Assembly (NCBI RefSeq): GCF_016433145.1
Contig: NC_058131.1
Location: 571,734,130 to 571,798,129, forward strand
Length of the DNA stretch: 64,000 nt
Source: Gracilinanus agilis
Taxonomy: Eukaryota
Reading direction: 5' to 3'
The first letter of the stretch is position 1, and every line of letters begins with the position of its first letter. Below, piece by piece: positions 21,840 through 35,862 of this stretch. Both the position numbers and the translations under genes were made by a program. The notes beneath the pieces are model-generated. The model ran no database searches. It worked only from the letters and a program-made list of their open reading frames with translations, and was not told the origin of the DNA.

Positions 21840-22780
21840 ATTTCAAAGGATGGAGAAGCACAGAAATTCCATGGAGTATCTGATAAGATCACTCAAGTAA
21901 AACATAAATATTTCATCCTTGGTGACTTTAATTTGAAAATAGGAATCCGGAGGATGAGTTGGAAAATATAGATCAGGATCAAGAAATGAAAGAGGTTTGA
22001 AGATTACTCAGAAATGTTATGCCTGTATATAAAGAATACTTTTGTAAAGAGTCATTTTTGCAGGACTTGGAAGCCCAGAGCAATTATAACTGACCCCTAA
22101 TAAAAATGAAACTACTTTTATCTTTTTTTTAAACCCTTACCTTCCATTTTAGAGTCAATACTCTGTATTGGTTCTAAGGCAGAAGAGCCATAAGGGTTAG
22201 GCAATGGGGGTTAAGTGACTTGCCCAGGGTCACACAGCTGGGAAGTGTCTGAGGCCAGATATTTACCTAGGACCTCCCGTCTCTAGGTCTGGCTCTCAAT
22301 CCACTGAGTCACCCAGCTGCCCACTACTTTTATCTTTAAAGAAAAGGGAACAACCAGGTATAGGTTCAACATTTATTTCAGAATTATTTACATGCTTTCA
22401 GATCAACTAATTATGGCAAAGGTAAAAGTAAATTCCAAATACAAAGATAATACCAAGAAGATAATGGTGGGCAGACTATAGCAGCTTCAATACAACCTGT
22501 CTGAACAAGCTACAGTCTCTAAAAAAAGAAGAATGGAATGTAAGAACATTATGATTTCTTAGAAATGTTTAACGGATGCAACACAGTCACTATAACAACG
22601 AGGCTAAACCAAAACTATGCCAGCCATCAAACTACTGAGCTAAGACTTGACATGGAGAAACATGGTGGTCAAGGGCAACAATAATACTTCAAGAACAAGC
22701 TCACTTCTAAAATAATGCAGAGAGGAATACTGAAGACTATTTGAGAGTAAAGCTCACAAAAATGGCAAAAAGCACTTTTA
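21840..22780 (+). mobile_element. Decayed RTE-clade LINE fragment (endonuclease region), interrupted by a SINE
   Basis: tttcatccttggtgactttaatttgaaaataggaat reads FILGDFNLKIG (APE-endonuclease GDFN motif), followed by an eroded YI-NTF-like segment. Confidence 0.5.
22126..22322 (-). mobile_element. Young SINE1_Mdo-type SINE
   Basis: Perfect 15-bp TSD ACTACTTTTATCTTT at 22111-22125 and 22323-22337. Confidence 0.92.
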
Positions 22781-25700
22781 TGGTGAAAAATGAAATTCAG
22801 CTAACTCATTTCAACAAACATTTATGTAATAACAAATTCATTTTCCATCAGCTACTCTACTTTATTTCTACTGCAGGAACACAATGCCTGTCTCCAGGAT
22901 AAGCTCATCTTGGAAACAGATTCCATTTTGATTCTCAATACCTTCCCAGCCTCTTCAATTGCCTCTCTCCTCTGATTAGAGGGCAATGAATTGTTCTCAA
23001 AGCCCCCTACCCACCATCCTTCCTTTTGTGAAATGTCTTTTCCATTAAGGTGGTAAGCTGCAGGAGGGCAGGGACTGTCTTTTCTTCTTATGTGCATGCC
23101 TCCCATTTAATGCTTAACAGATGTTTACTGACTATTGACCACATAAGGTGCTGGGAATACAAAGATGAAAGCAAAACAGTCCCTTTCTTCAAGGAACTTA
23201 TATTTAACTAGAGGATCCAAAATGACATTTGAGGAGAGTGAGAATGATAACTAGAGAGAATCAGCACAACAAGCTTTTCCCAAGAGGTGGTGCCTGAGAT
23301 AGATTAGCCTTGAGGAAAGACAAGGATACTGAAAGATGGTGAAGAGGAGGCCAAAAAAAGGAGCTGAAATATTTAGTTCAGGGAACAGCTAGTGGGCCAC
23401 TGTGGCTGGAAAATAATGGGAGTAATTTGAAGAAAGGAAATAGCAGGGTGGCACAGTGACTAGAATACCTGGCCTAGAGTTTGAAAAGACTCATCTTCTT
23501 GAGTTCAAATCAGATCTCAAATACTTATTTTTTTTCCTAGTTTTTTTTTTTTTTAATTTAGAATATTTCCCCATGGTTACATGGTTCATGATCCCCACTC
23601 CCACTTCCCTTCCCTCTCCTGGAGCTGACAAGCAATTCCATTGGGTATCTCAAATACTTATTAGCAATGTGACCCTGGCCAAGTCATGTAACCCTTTGGC
23701 TCAGTTTCCTCATCTGTAAAATAAGCTGGAGAAGGAAACAGAAAATCATTCTAGGACCTTTGCCGAGAAATCCCCAAATTGGGATTTTAAAAGTCAGACA
23801 TGACTGAAATGAATGAATCAGTGTTTCCTGATTGAGAAGAAAAAATAAATCTCAGAGAGATCAACTCATCCATAATCATGTGGCTGATAATATATCTAGG
23901 CAAGACCTAGATGTCTCTCTACTCCAAATTTTTTTCCACTACCCGACACTATTTCTTTTATTGCTTTGTGAAACTAGGAACAGAGAGGAATCACAGTGGG
24001 CACTCATTTTTAAAAAAGATTGAAAGAGTGACAGTTCACAGTTAGTAAGAAGTATATTATTCAGACAGGATTAACCAGGTCCTTTGTTTTCATCCTTTTT
24101 TCCTCCTATATTACCTAACTTTTGATCACTTAATTGCTTGTTTGCATTTCTGCCAGGAGAATAAAAATATGAAATATTGTACAGGCTCAGCAGACATAAG
24201 GCATTTACAGTAAAACATGCTCAGCAAGCTAAGGGGAAGGAAGCTGTAAGTGAACCTTCAGGCAAGTAAAACAGAAAACTAGTTTGCTCCTTATTGCTCT
24301 ACTATGACCGATAACTTCCAACCACAGCACAGCTCTGTGATATGTGTCTTCCGATGCTATGGGGAATCCTTAGGAAGAGGCATCCCCACCATTGCCCAGG
24401 TCTGTGGATACAGATGGGGATAGAAAGGATTAGGCTGCAGACACTACCCAGAGAGTTGTTTTCTAAAAAGTACCTGATACAACATATTCCATTCTAACTT
24501 ATCTCTCTCTACTCAGAGTTTAGCATATGAATCCATAGTTTTAGCTGGGTAAGTGTTCTGTTTAGCTGAATTTTCACTGTATTATTTATCTTTTTTTTTT
24601 TAAAGGCATTAATCTTGTGAAAGTCATATCAGTCCTGGTAACAGCTCAGTTAGGACTTGAAAAGAGGAAAAGTTGAGGCACTAAGGAATTCTCCCCAGAA
24701 TTCAATTATCCAGAGATTCACGAGTCAGCTCATGAGTTGCATTTCCTGAGGCCCAACAGAAGCTCAGTGTAGAAGCAACCTCCTAGACATAAGGGAAAAG
24801 GACGGCCCTGTTCTAATCAATAACTCAGGACTGGAAGATAATATCATGAGATTCAAAACAGAAACACAATTGTTTTGTTCCTTTTTTTTCCTTCCCAGAA
24901 TGTCCACCAGGTCCAGTGCTTATGGTTAAATAAACCAAATGGAACAGGGGGATGGGAGGGAGAATGCATCAGTGTTGTCATGGTGACAAATGAGTTCACA
25001 GCCACTACAGGCTCAGAGTCAGGAGATACAAAGTAAGTGTATTTTAATGTGTATCTATTGCTAAACACACAGTTCAGCCTATAATGAAATACAGTGTCAC
25101 TACAACGAGAGCATGATTATTAGCCAGGAGGAGAAAGAAATGACTAGAGCCAATGAATAAATCCAAACCAAGGTTGGGCATGAAACCCAGCTCAGAAGGG
25201 CAGGTACATAGAACAAAGAGCAGTTGTCACGAACTGTACTCTTTCATCTAAGTGACAAAGGAATGGCCAAAAGAAAGAAAGAAAGCACAAACCAGAGATC
25301 TGAGATTCAAGTTCCCTTTCTTGCACAATATCTGACACTACTGGACCAAGTAGAAAGTCTTACTGACACTTTGGGTCTTCATAATTGGGCCCCACTCTAG
25401 CTATTTAGTCCTTATGGAGTGAATACCTAAGGCCCTCCTGCCTGGAGGCTAGTGGGACAGTGCCGAAAGCATTGGGCTTCCAGTTGAGAGACTTGGCTTT
25501 TACTCTTGGTTCAGCTGTGTGGCCTTGAGAACCACACTGGGAATCCCTAGGAAGAGTTTGGACTAGATGGTTTAAATTCACTCCAGATGGTCTATGATTT
25601 ATAAGATACTACTAGTTATTTACTAGATGTTCCAAAAGCTGCCTATTTGGAAAGGATTCTAGAATTTCTTTTCAAAGAGTCTAATTAGTTCCAAAATCAT

Positions 25701-25835
25701 TATTCTTGGACCAAACCAATATTGTTGAGTAGAAGAACTCTGGCCTGCCCAGAAATCTGAACAGCTCACTTATTTACCCAGGAGTTATTTTGTTCTTTGC
25801 CCCCATTTCCCCAAACTCCCAGATTTAGGAAATCA

Positions 25836-25958
<123 letters not shown>

Positions 25959-26403
25959 TTATTACATGTGATAAATCTCCTTGGGGGATGCCCCTCTTGA
26001 CTATGAAAACAATGACAAAGACTAGAGTATAGAGCATACTTGTCTCAAGGAAAGGATGCTATCCAGGCAAGAAGGTCTGTGTGTGTGTGACAGGGGGACA
26101 CAGCAAGGGAAGGACTATGTAAAGGAAAGAATACAGTGGACTGAAGACAGTGTAGGACAATAGCTTTCCCTAGTTCTCAAGCAGAGAACCATTCTCCCCA
26201 GATGTAGAGGCTCATGGCCAACTGCTTGGGAAACTAGTCTCAAATGCCACCTCTTTATCCCTGTTCCAGCCACATACAATCCTTCGTGGGGTTCACGAAC
26301 GACTGCCCTCCTAAAGGCAGGGATTATGTCAATGCCATCATACTGGGAAATCTGAGCATAACCCTGGGATTTGTTCCTGGTTTGGCAAAAATTAATTGAA
26401 GAA

Positions 26404-26600
26404 GGGACACCTAGGTGACTCAGTCAATAGAGAGCCAGGTCTGAAGATGGGAGGTCTTGGTTTCAAATCTGGCCTCAAGACATTTCCTAGCTGTGTGACC
26501 CTGGGCAAGTCACTTAATCCCCATTGCCTAGCCCTTACCACTTTTTTTTACCATAAAATCAATATATAGTATTGATTCAAAGTTAAAAAAGAAAATGAAG
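26404..26600 (+). mobile_element. SINE1_Mdo-type SINE
   Basis: Family head, core and tail. Confidence 0.85.
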
Positions 26601-27196
26601 AAGCTTCTAACTGAGACAGCACCTTCCTTAATATCAGGTTCATTTCACAAGATTGTGATCTATGGAAAAATATTATAAGCTATGATATAGTGCTTCATAC
26701 AGATTCTCCTAGCAACCTATCCCATATTCTGGAATTGCTGTCTGGTGACTGCATATCCTCTTACCACAGTCTGGTTCTCCCAGTCTTGGCACATGCCTGA
26801 GGACCCTAAGGATTAGATTTAGAGTCAGTGAACCTAGGGAAAATCCTCATTCTACTGCTTTTACTACCATTACCTTGGGAAAGTTACCTCTCTGGACTTT
26901 TATTTCATCATCATCCTATAAAGTAGTTACAGCAAGTATTATTATCTTCATTTTACAAACGAAGAAACTGAGGCTCAAAGAAATTAAATGGCTTGCCCAA
27001 GATGATATAGCTGTTGTGTTCTCAGGCACATTCTGCTTTGCCATCCTGCCTCATGCTCTCATAAATCAAGAGACTGGATTAAATGTTTTTCAAGGTCCCT
27101 TCCAGCTCTAACACTGTGATCCTCCTTAAGACCTGATATGATAGAAACCATAACATTTATCTTTGTCTCTCAATTACTGTCTTTGTAGTGGCTTCA

Positions 27197-27556
<360 letters not shown>

Positions 27557-27665
27557 TTATTATCATCTTGAATAAGATTTTATGAACTATCCTAGGTCTA
27601 ATCAGGAAAGTGGTAACCTCAGGGACCATTATTAAGGGATTCTAGAGAGGGGACAGATTCTAGCA

Positions 27666-27875
27666 GGGGACAGCTAGGTGGCTCAGTGAATTGAAAGCCA
27701 GGCCCAGAGATAGGAGGTCCTGAATTCACAACTGGCCTCCGACACTTCCTAGCTGTATGACCCTGAACAAGGCACTTAACCCCCACTGCTTAGTCCTTAC
27801 CACTCTTCTGTCTTGGAACCAACATACAGAATTGATTCTAAGCTAGTAGGTAAGGGTTTAAAAAAAAACAACCAA
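27666..27875 (+). mobile_element. SINE1_Mdo-type SINE
   Basis: Family head, core and tail. Confidence 0.85.
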
Positions 27876-29214
27876 AAAACTATCTGTGCTCCCACTGGCC
27901 CATATGCCTCTCTAAAGCCAGATATTTGATCTTTTATTTTTGTTTTTAAAACTTCCTAGTCTCAATTCAGGGAAGAGATCCCACTTAAAACTAGAAAGAC
28001 ACACAAACTTCTGTGGCTATCTCTGTTACCAGGTTCACCTTAAACCTTTCTCTGCTACTACCACTGATACATTTTTGTTCTGTTCCTTCTTTAATGCCAT
28101 TCAGACCTCTGGTAATCTCAGATCATGTCAGTCTGCTCTCCTATTCCTAGTTAATCCCCCAATCTCTGCCTCGCTGCTCATCCCAACTTCACTGTTCTGA
28201 TTTCCTACAGTTTGGATTAGCTGAGCAGCAGAAAATCTCAGACCAGCCTGAGATATCCACTACCTGCCAGGATGTGTACCCTGACAATTAATGGTTTCTC
28301 CAGTCTCTGTCACCTGCCTTGTCCATAATCACCCCTTTTTGCCAATGGCCATGCCATTTTAAAAGGTGAGAACTGTTATGAAGAATCATGCTACCTGGTT
28401 TTTCAGGTATGTTTGGCTGTGAAAGTAGTCTTAAAGCCATGAAAGGGTCAATGTCGTGCAATGGAAAGAACACCAGACCCAACTGCATGACATAGACTCA
28501 AGGATCAACACTTATGGACTTGCCACATGAACCTCATCAAGTCACTTTTTAATATCTTTGAATTGCAGCTTCCTGGAATCACTGGTAAAATAGGGAATAA
28601 CACCTTAATTTACAGGACTGCTGAAAAGATAAAATGAACAACTTAGATTCCTCCTCCCCTAATAGACCATAAGCTCCTTGAAGGCAAGAACTATTCCAAT
28701 GTCTGTATCTTCAGCAGTTAGTACAGTGCCTGGCATGCAGCAGGTGCTTAATAAGTGCTCACTGACTGACTGAAATGGGAAGGAACTTTAAAAGAATACA
28801 GCCCCTGAGGTAGTGTGGCAGAATAGAGTACTTGACTTGAGTCAGGAGACTTGATTGCTTTAAAACCCTTAACAGCTATATCATCATGGGTAAGCCCCTT
28901 AACTTCTCTGAACCACAATTTCCTCTTCTAAAAAAAACGGGAAGAATACCTAAAATATATATTTGATAGAGATATTGTAAAGAAGCACTCTGAAAACCTT
29001 TAAATGCTATTGTAGAAGTATACAAGTTAAAAACGGTTTTTTAATCATAGAAAATAACTTATTGACTATTATACATTTGACAACAAGTTATTAACAAATT
29101 TACATTAGATTCTCCCACAATTCTCATATGGTATTAACTATGTTGGGATCGAGCAAATAACCATGGAAATACTTTAGTAGAGTGAGAAAAAAATATGCTT
29201 CAGCTCTTGGTCAA

Positions 29215-30100
29215 TAAGGTTTTATGAATTGCAACAGTACAGGTGAAAGACGATGAAAGCCCAAACTAGAGTGGTGACTTTGTGAGTGGAAAGGAGGGAG
29301 TGGAAAGGAGTCATCTGTAAGAGATGTTGTCGAGATCCAAATAGTACTTGGCAACTGGTTAGATATGTAGGGATGCAGCATGAGAGTGGGGTGTGGAGAA
29401 TGACACTAAGGTTTTCAACCTGAGTGACTGGAAAGACTGGCATGCCCTCCACAGTTACTAAGGAAGTTTGGAGGAAGGATGAGGTTTTTTTTTTTTTGGG
29501 GGGGGGGGGGGGGAAGAGACAAATTCAGTTTTGGACATTTTGAGTTTCAGATGCTTATAGAATATCCAGGTGGACATGTCCAATAGGCAGTTGGTTATGC
29601 AAGAGTGAAGTAGATCTGGAAGTCATCTATATGGAGATAACTAAAGACAGGGGAGCTAATGAAGTGATCAAGTGAGAAGGTATGGAAAAAGAAGAGCACT
29701 TGGGACAAAACTAGGGGGAATGAAATGGGATAATGAATCATAAATGGAAAAGGAGCTCTGGAGAGGCAGGAAAATGAAGAGAGGGCACTTTATGAAAACT
29801 CAATACAAAATTTTCTACCTAGATGGAGTTGCCAAATGCTGCTTAGAGGTCAAGAAGAATGAAAGTGGAAAAGAAATCATTTGATTTGGTAATTAAGAAG
29901 TCACTGATAACTCCATAAAGAGCAATTTCAGGTGAATGATGGGGAGGTTGGAAATCAGATTGCAAAGAGTTAAAAACAGTGGGAGGAAAGGAAATAGAGA
30001 TAGTAAATACTTACTTTTTCAAGGAGTGTGGCTTAAGAAGAGGAAGGGAGATCAAGGATGACAGGAAAAGGAGGCTGCTTTTCTTTTTTAACTTAAGGGT
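29215..30100 (-). mobile_element. L2 LINE fragment(s)
   Basis: Purine-rich L2 antisense signatures (gagaatgacactaaggttttcaacctgagtgactggaag...; gaggtcaagaagaatgaaag). Confidence 0.6.
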
Positions 30101-30483
30101 CGGGAAGACACTGGTATGTTTATAAGCAGCATGGAAAAAAACAGAAGATGGAGAAAGACTGAAGATTAGAATGAGAGAGGATGATAAAGGGCCAGTCTAG
30201 TAGAGAATGTAGTAAAGGGGCTAGGCTAATTTTATTTGAGATTGGGATTCAAATAAAGGAGAACACAAAAAAGGATCCATCAAGGGGCTGTAAAATGAGA
30301 TAAAGAGAAGAGGTGGTCTCAACAAATATCCTAGGTTTTTTGTTTGTTTGATTTTTGGTAAAATACAAGGCAAGGGCTGAAGTTAGAGAGGATATTCATG
30401 TGAAGCATATGCTATTGGAGCCTTGGAGAAAGAAGAAAGGGTTTGGAACAGACATTTTGGAGAACAGGATAAAGAATCAATTA

Positions 30484-30685
30484 GGAGGCAGCTAGGTGGC
30501 TCATCAGATTTAAAGCCAGGTCTGGAGTCAGGGGGTCCTGGGTTCAAATCTGACCTCAGATACCTCTTACCTGTGTGACCCTGGGCAAATCAATTAACTC
30601 CCATTGCCTACCCCCTTACCACTGTTTCATTGGAACCAATATATAGTATTGATTCTAAGAAGAAAGTAAGGATAAAAAAAGGGGG
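30484..30685 (+). mobile_element. SINE1_Mdo-type SINE
   Basis: Family head, core and tail. Confidence 0.85.
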
Positions 30686-30732
30686 GGAAGAAGAAATTAG
30701 GCATTCCCCAAGAGATAAGTGGTCAAAAGAAT

Positions 30733-30736
30733 AAAT

Positions 30737-30790
<54 letters not shown>

Positions 30791-30808
30791 TACATACATA
30801 CATATATA
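30733..30808. repeat. Compound (TA)n/(CA)n/(TACA)n microsatellite
   Basis: Directly visible. Confidence 0.95.
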
Positions 30809-30859
30809 GAAAATAAATTCTCAAAAGAAGAATTACAAAGTATTCAGGATCCCATCAAA

Positions 30860-33800
30860 AAAAAAATGCTCCGAATCACAAATATTAAGAACACAAATAA
30901 AAACTCTGAAGTTTCCCCTTGCATCCTGAAAACTGGCTAAGATGAAAAAAATGATAATGGTAAATGATGGACGGGCTATGGGATAATGGGCATACTAATA
31001 CATTGTTTGTAGAACTGTGAAATAGTACAATCATTTTGGAAAGTAATTTGGAATTATTTAGATAAAATGTTTACATTGTCCATATCCGTTGACTTGAGTT
31101 TATACCCTAAGGACACTATTGATAAGAAGAAAGTCCCTATTATAACACTAAAATATTTAAAGCAACACTTCTTGTGAACACAAAGAAATGGAAACAAATT
31201 AGGTATCCATCAAGCAAGAGAATGATTAAGTAAATTGTGTTACATAAATATAATGGAATATTACTGAAAGAAATAAGAATATGATGACTACAGAGACAGA
31301 AAGATCTACAAAGTAAGCAAGGCCAAGAAAACAGTATACACAACTATAATATAAATGTAAAGAGCAATATCATACATAAGAAAGAAAAGTTAATTTAGCA
31401 AGATTATAAAGAACAACTATGATTCAAATGAAGAGATTTGAAAGAATACTCCCACCAATCCAGCTCTTCGTGGAAATCGAGGTCTATAGGTATTACACAA
31501 AGCATATTTTTTTACTTCTCCAATGTACTGATCTATTGTGTTGATTTTGCCTCTTCTTTTTCTATCTTAAAAAATACTGTTTGTAAGCTATTTTTCCCAA
31601 CCACGTGCCAATAAAACTGACAATCTAAATGCAATGGATGAATATTTACAAAAAAAAAAATAAATTGCCCATATTAACAGAAGAGGAAATAGAATACTAG
31701 AATAATCTAATTTTAGAAAAATAAATTGAATAAAACCATAAATGAGCTCTCTAAGAAAAAAATACCCAGGACCAGATGGATTTACAAGTGGAATCTACCA
31801 AATATTTAAAAAGCAATTAATTTCAATACTCTATAAGCTGTTTGGAAAAAATAGGTAAAGAAGGAATCCTACCAAATTCCCTCTATAACACAAATATGGA
31901 TTTGATAAATAATCAGGGAAAGTAAAAACAAAGAAAACCATAGACCTAATTTCCCTAATGAATTATTAATAAAAAATTTTTAAATAATATACTATCAAGG
32001 AGATCACAACGATATAGCACAAAGATTATATACTATAACCATGCTGGATATATACCAAGAATATGGAGCTTGTTAAATGTAAACATCACTGACCATAAAA
32101 ATATCACCTCAATAGATATGGAAAAGGCTTTTAACAAAATACAACACTTATTCCTATTAAAAACACCAGAAAGCATAGGACTAAATGGAGCTTTTCTTAA
32201 AATGATAAGTTATCTACCCAAAACCAAGAGCAAGAATTATCTGTAACAGGGATAAACTAGAAGCCTTTCCTAGAAGGTCAGAGGTGAAACAAGAATATCC
32301 ATTATCATCATTAATATTTAATAATGTATTAAATGTATGCTATATATGTGTAGTTATAACAATAAGAAAAAATACATACAGGCAATAAGAAAACAAAACG
32401 ATCACTTTTTGCAGATAATATGATGATATGCTTTGAGAAGTCTAGTGAGTCAACTAAAAAAACTAGTCAAAATAATTAACTTTAGGGGGTAGCTGGGTGG
32501 CTCAATGGACTGAGAGCTAGGTCTAGAGATGGAAGGTCCCAGGTTCAAATCTAGCCTCAGACTCTTCCTAGCCGTGTGCCCCTGGCCAAATCACTTCACC
32601 CCCATTGCCTAGCCCTTACCACTATTCTACCTTAATTCTAAGACAGAAGGTAAGGTTTAAAATAATAATAATAATAATAATTAACTTTAACAAAGCTGTA
32701 GTATATCAAATAAACTCATACAAATCATCATCATTTCCATATATTACTAACAAAACCCAGCAAAAAGAGAAAAAAAAAACAGAAATTCCATTTAAAATAA
32801 TTGTAGACAATATAAAATACTACTTGCAAGTCATATACAGGAATCATATGAACATAAATACAAAACATTTCATACCTATAAAAACAAGCTAGCTAACTGG
32901 AGTAAGGGCTCATGGGTAGGCTGAGCCAATATAATAAAAATGATGTGAAAACTGTAAAATAGCATGACAGAAACTAGACATAGACCAACATCTGATATCA
33001 TTTACCAAAACAAGCCCAAAATAAGTATATGATTTGGACATAAAGGGCAATTATGATAAGCCAATTAGGGAAGCATGGAAAAGAACCATCTATCAGATCT
33101 GTGGATAGAGGAAGAGTTCATGATGAAACAAGAGACAGAGTTTCGTAGGAGGCAAAATAGATAATTCTGATTACATAAAAGTTCTGTTAGAGGTTTCATT
33201 TCTCAAATACAAAGCAATCTGAACAAAATTTATAACAAATAGGAGCCATTCCCCATTTAAATTAAATGATCAAAGGATCTGAGCAGGCAATATTTAGAGA
33301 AGGAAATAAAAATTATTGATGATCATATGAAAACATGCTCTAAATCACTAATAATTAGAGAAATTCAAATTAAAACAATTCTGAGATAGCATCCCACACC
33401 AATCAGACTAGCTAAGGTGACAGAAAAGGTAAATGACAAATGTTGGAGAGGAGGTTGATAAAATCAGTCAAGTAATGCACTTTTGAGGAAGCTGTGAATT
33501 AGTCCAATCATTCTGGAGAACAATTTGGAACTATGTTCAAAGGCTATTAAATTTTGCCAACCTTCTGACCCAGCAATATTGCTATGAGATAAAATTAAAG
33601 AAAAAGGAAAAGAACTCATATGTACAAAAATATTTAAAGCAACTCTTTTTGTGGTGGCAAAGAATTGGAAACTGAGGAGAAGCCTATTGGGGAATAGTTG
33701 ATTAAGTTATGGCATATGAATGTGATGGAATTCTATTATACTGAAAGAAATGATCAAAGGAATGGTTTCAGAAAAATCTGGGAAGACTTATAAGAACAAT

Positions 33801-34140
33801 TCAAAGTGAAATGAGTGGAACCAGAAGGACAATGTATACATTAAAAGGGTAATCAACTGTGAAAGATTTAATAACCCTCATCAATACAATGATCCATCAC
33901 AATTCCAAAGGGCTCATAATATAAAATGCTATCCTCTTTCAGATAAGAGTTACGATGGATTAAGAGTACATAGTGAAGCATGGTTTTTTTCCCCTTTATT
34001 TCTCTTGTTTCTTCCCACCTTCATCCTGAACAAGGCTAATGCAGAAATGTTAGGCATGACTTCATATGTAAAATGGGGGGGAGACTGAAATTTGTAACTG
34101 AAAGTAAAATTAAAACTTTTTAAAAATCTAAAAAAAACTC
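30860..34140 (+). mobile_element. Degenerate L1 ORF2 (reverse transcriptase to 3'UTR), preceded by a separate L1 3' piece
   Basis: Translated remnants include [18 protein letters not shown] (about 31760-31820) and SLFADNMMICFE (about 32402-32437, the FADD catalytic motif). Many stops and frameshifts. Confidence 0.85.
32485..32675 (+). mobile_element. SINE1_Mdo-type SINE inserted in L1 ORF2
   Basis: 14-bp TSD AATAATTAACTTTA at 32471-32484 and 32676-32689, with an (AAT)n tail. Confidence 0.92.
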
Positions 34141-35199
34141 AATCAAGATGGAAAAAATTTTAAATGGACTTGGGAAATATTAAAAAAATCAAAATACAAT
34201 TCAACACTAGCTATGCGATCCTGGGCAAGTCATTTTACTGTAACTGCCTAGCCCTTATCACTCTTGGGATTGATACTATCAATTCTAAGACAGCAGATAA
34301 AGGTTTTTTAAAAAATACAATTAAATATAAGAAATATTATTTGTCATTTGGGATGGTTCTCTGGGAGGGGAAGGCATACTGAGGATATTAAAAAAAAACA
34401 GGCATCATAAGTAAAAACTTATTTTTTAAAAGTAATCAACTAGGGAGAAGTAAAAGGATTGTCTTCCTAAAGTGAAGGTCAAGTGGAGAATAGAAATCAT
34501 AAATTTGCATGGGATCCAGTCAGCATGGTTACAAGCCTTCCTCTTGGTGATGGTACAAAGGAGCAAGGGAAGAGAAAGTAAGAGATAGGGCAGCGTTTAG
34601 AGTTGAATTTGGGAAGGAGGAGAGCAGATAGGATGGTCTGGGAAAATACAGGGATGGAGAATTTAGAGGTCACAGTGAAGAAGAAAAGTTTGGGAGGAGT
34701 TATGCATGAGGAGAGACTGAATCAGATTATGATTGGATAGTTCTCTCCTATTTCTAGTGGGTCTTTATTCTGATCCACTGCGTATTATATAGTAGTTTAT
34801 GTATTCAGAGATCTTAAGAGCTAGAAAGGACCTTGGAAATTATCTAATCAAATACCTACCCTAAATAGTGGTCCTCTTTGTCCTTGGATTTTTCCCTATT
34901 TTACCCTTTAAGGTGTTTTTCCTAAGTATACTGCAAAGTCTCCAAAGACAGCAATTATGGGACCTCACTATATGGTATCCCTGAGAAGCAGCAATGCTAC
35001 CCCCAAATCAAACTGAGAATTTCCCCAAGTCAAAAATATTTTCTTCCAGAAACTGAGAATTTCAATTTCAGGTTAGGGCAATTATCTTCTCTTTCATTCC
35101 TTCCCAAAGAATTCAGTACAGGGCTCAGATTTCACAGAGCATAATTAGTTGCTGTTCCTGAAAGAGAGAGTTCTGGGAGCCAAAAGCTTAAGAAAATCA

Positions 35200-35412
<213 letters not shown>

Positions 35413-35645
35413 CTACCACTCATCAATGAAGCTCTAGCCTCCCATGACCTCAGAGTCATTCTTGACATCAATAATCAGAAACAAATTAGATCCTCTATTT
35501 TCTTCCCCTGGTTACTCTTCCAGCAGAAACTTTTGAGAGATATGAGAAGTATCTTTTGTTTTTATAATTCTATCAAGTCTGGAAGCTTTGGAAGACCTAA
35601 AAGAAGTAATCCAATAGTTCTAGCAAAAACATGTCTACCAGCTTC

Positions 35646-35862
35646 TTCGTCTTCTTCTTTTTTTTTTTTTTAATTTTATTTTTTTTAAAACCCCTTACTT
35701 CTGTGTATTGGCTCCTAGGTGGAAGAGTGGTAAGGGTGGGTAATGGGGGTCAAGTGACTTGCCCAGGGTCACACAGCTGGGAAGTCTCTGAGGCCGGATT
35801 TGAACCTAGGAGCTCCTGTCTCTAGGCCTGACTCTCAATCCACTGAGCTACCCAGCTGTCCC
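35646..35862 (-). mobile_element. Young SINE1_Mdo-type SINE (short-tail subfamily)
   Basis: TSD CTACCAGCTTC at 35635-35645 and 35863-35873, with a long poly-T tail. Confidence 0.92.
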
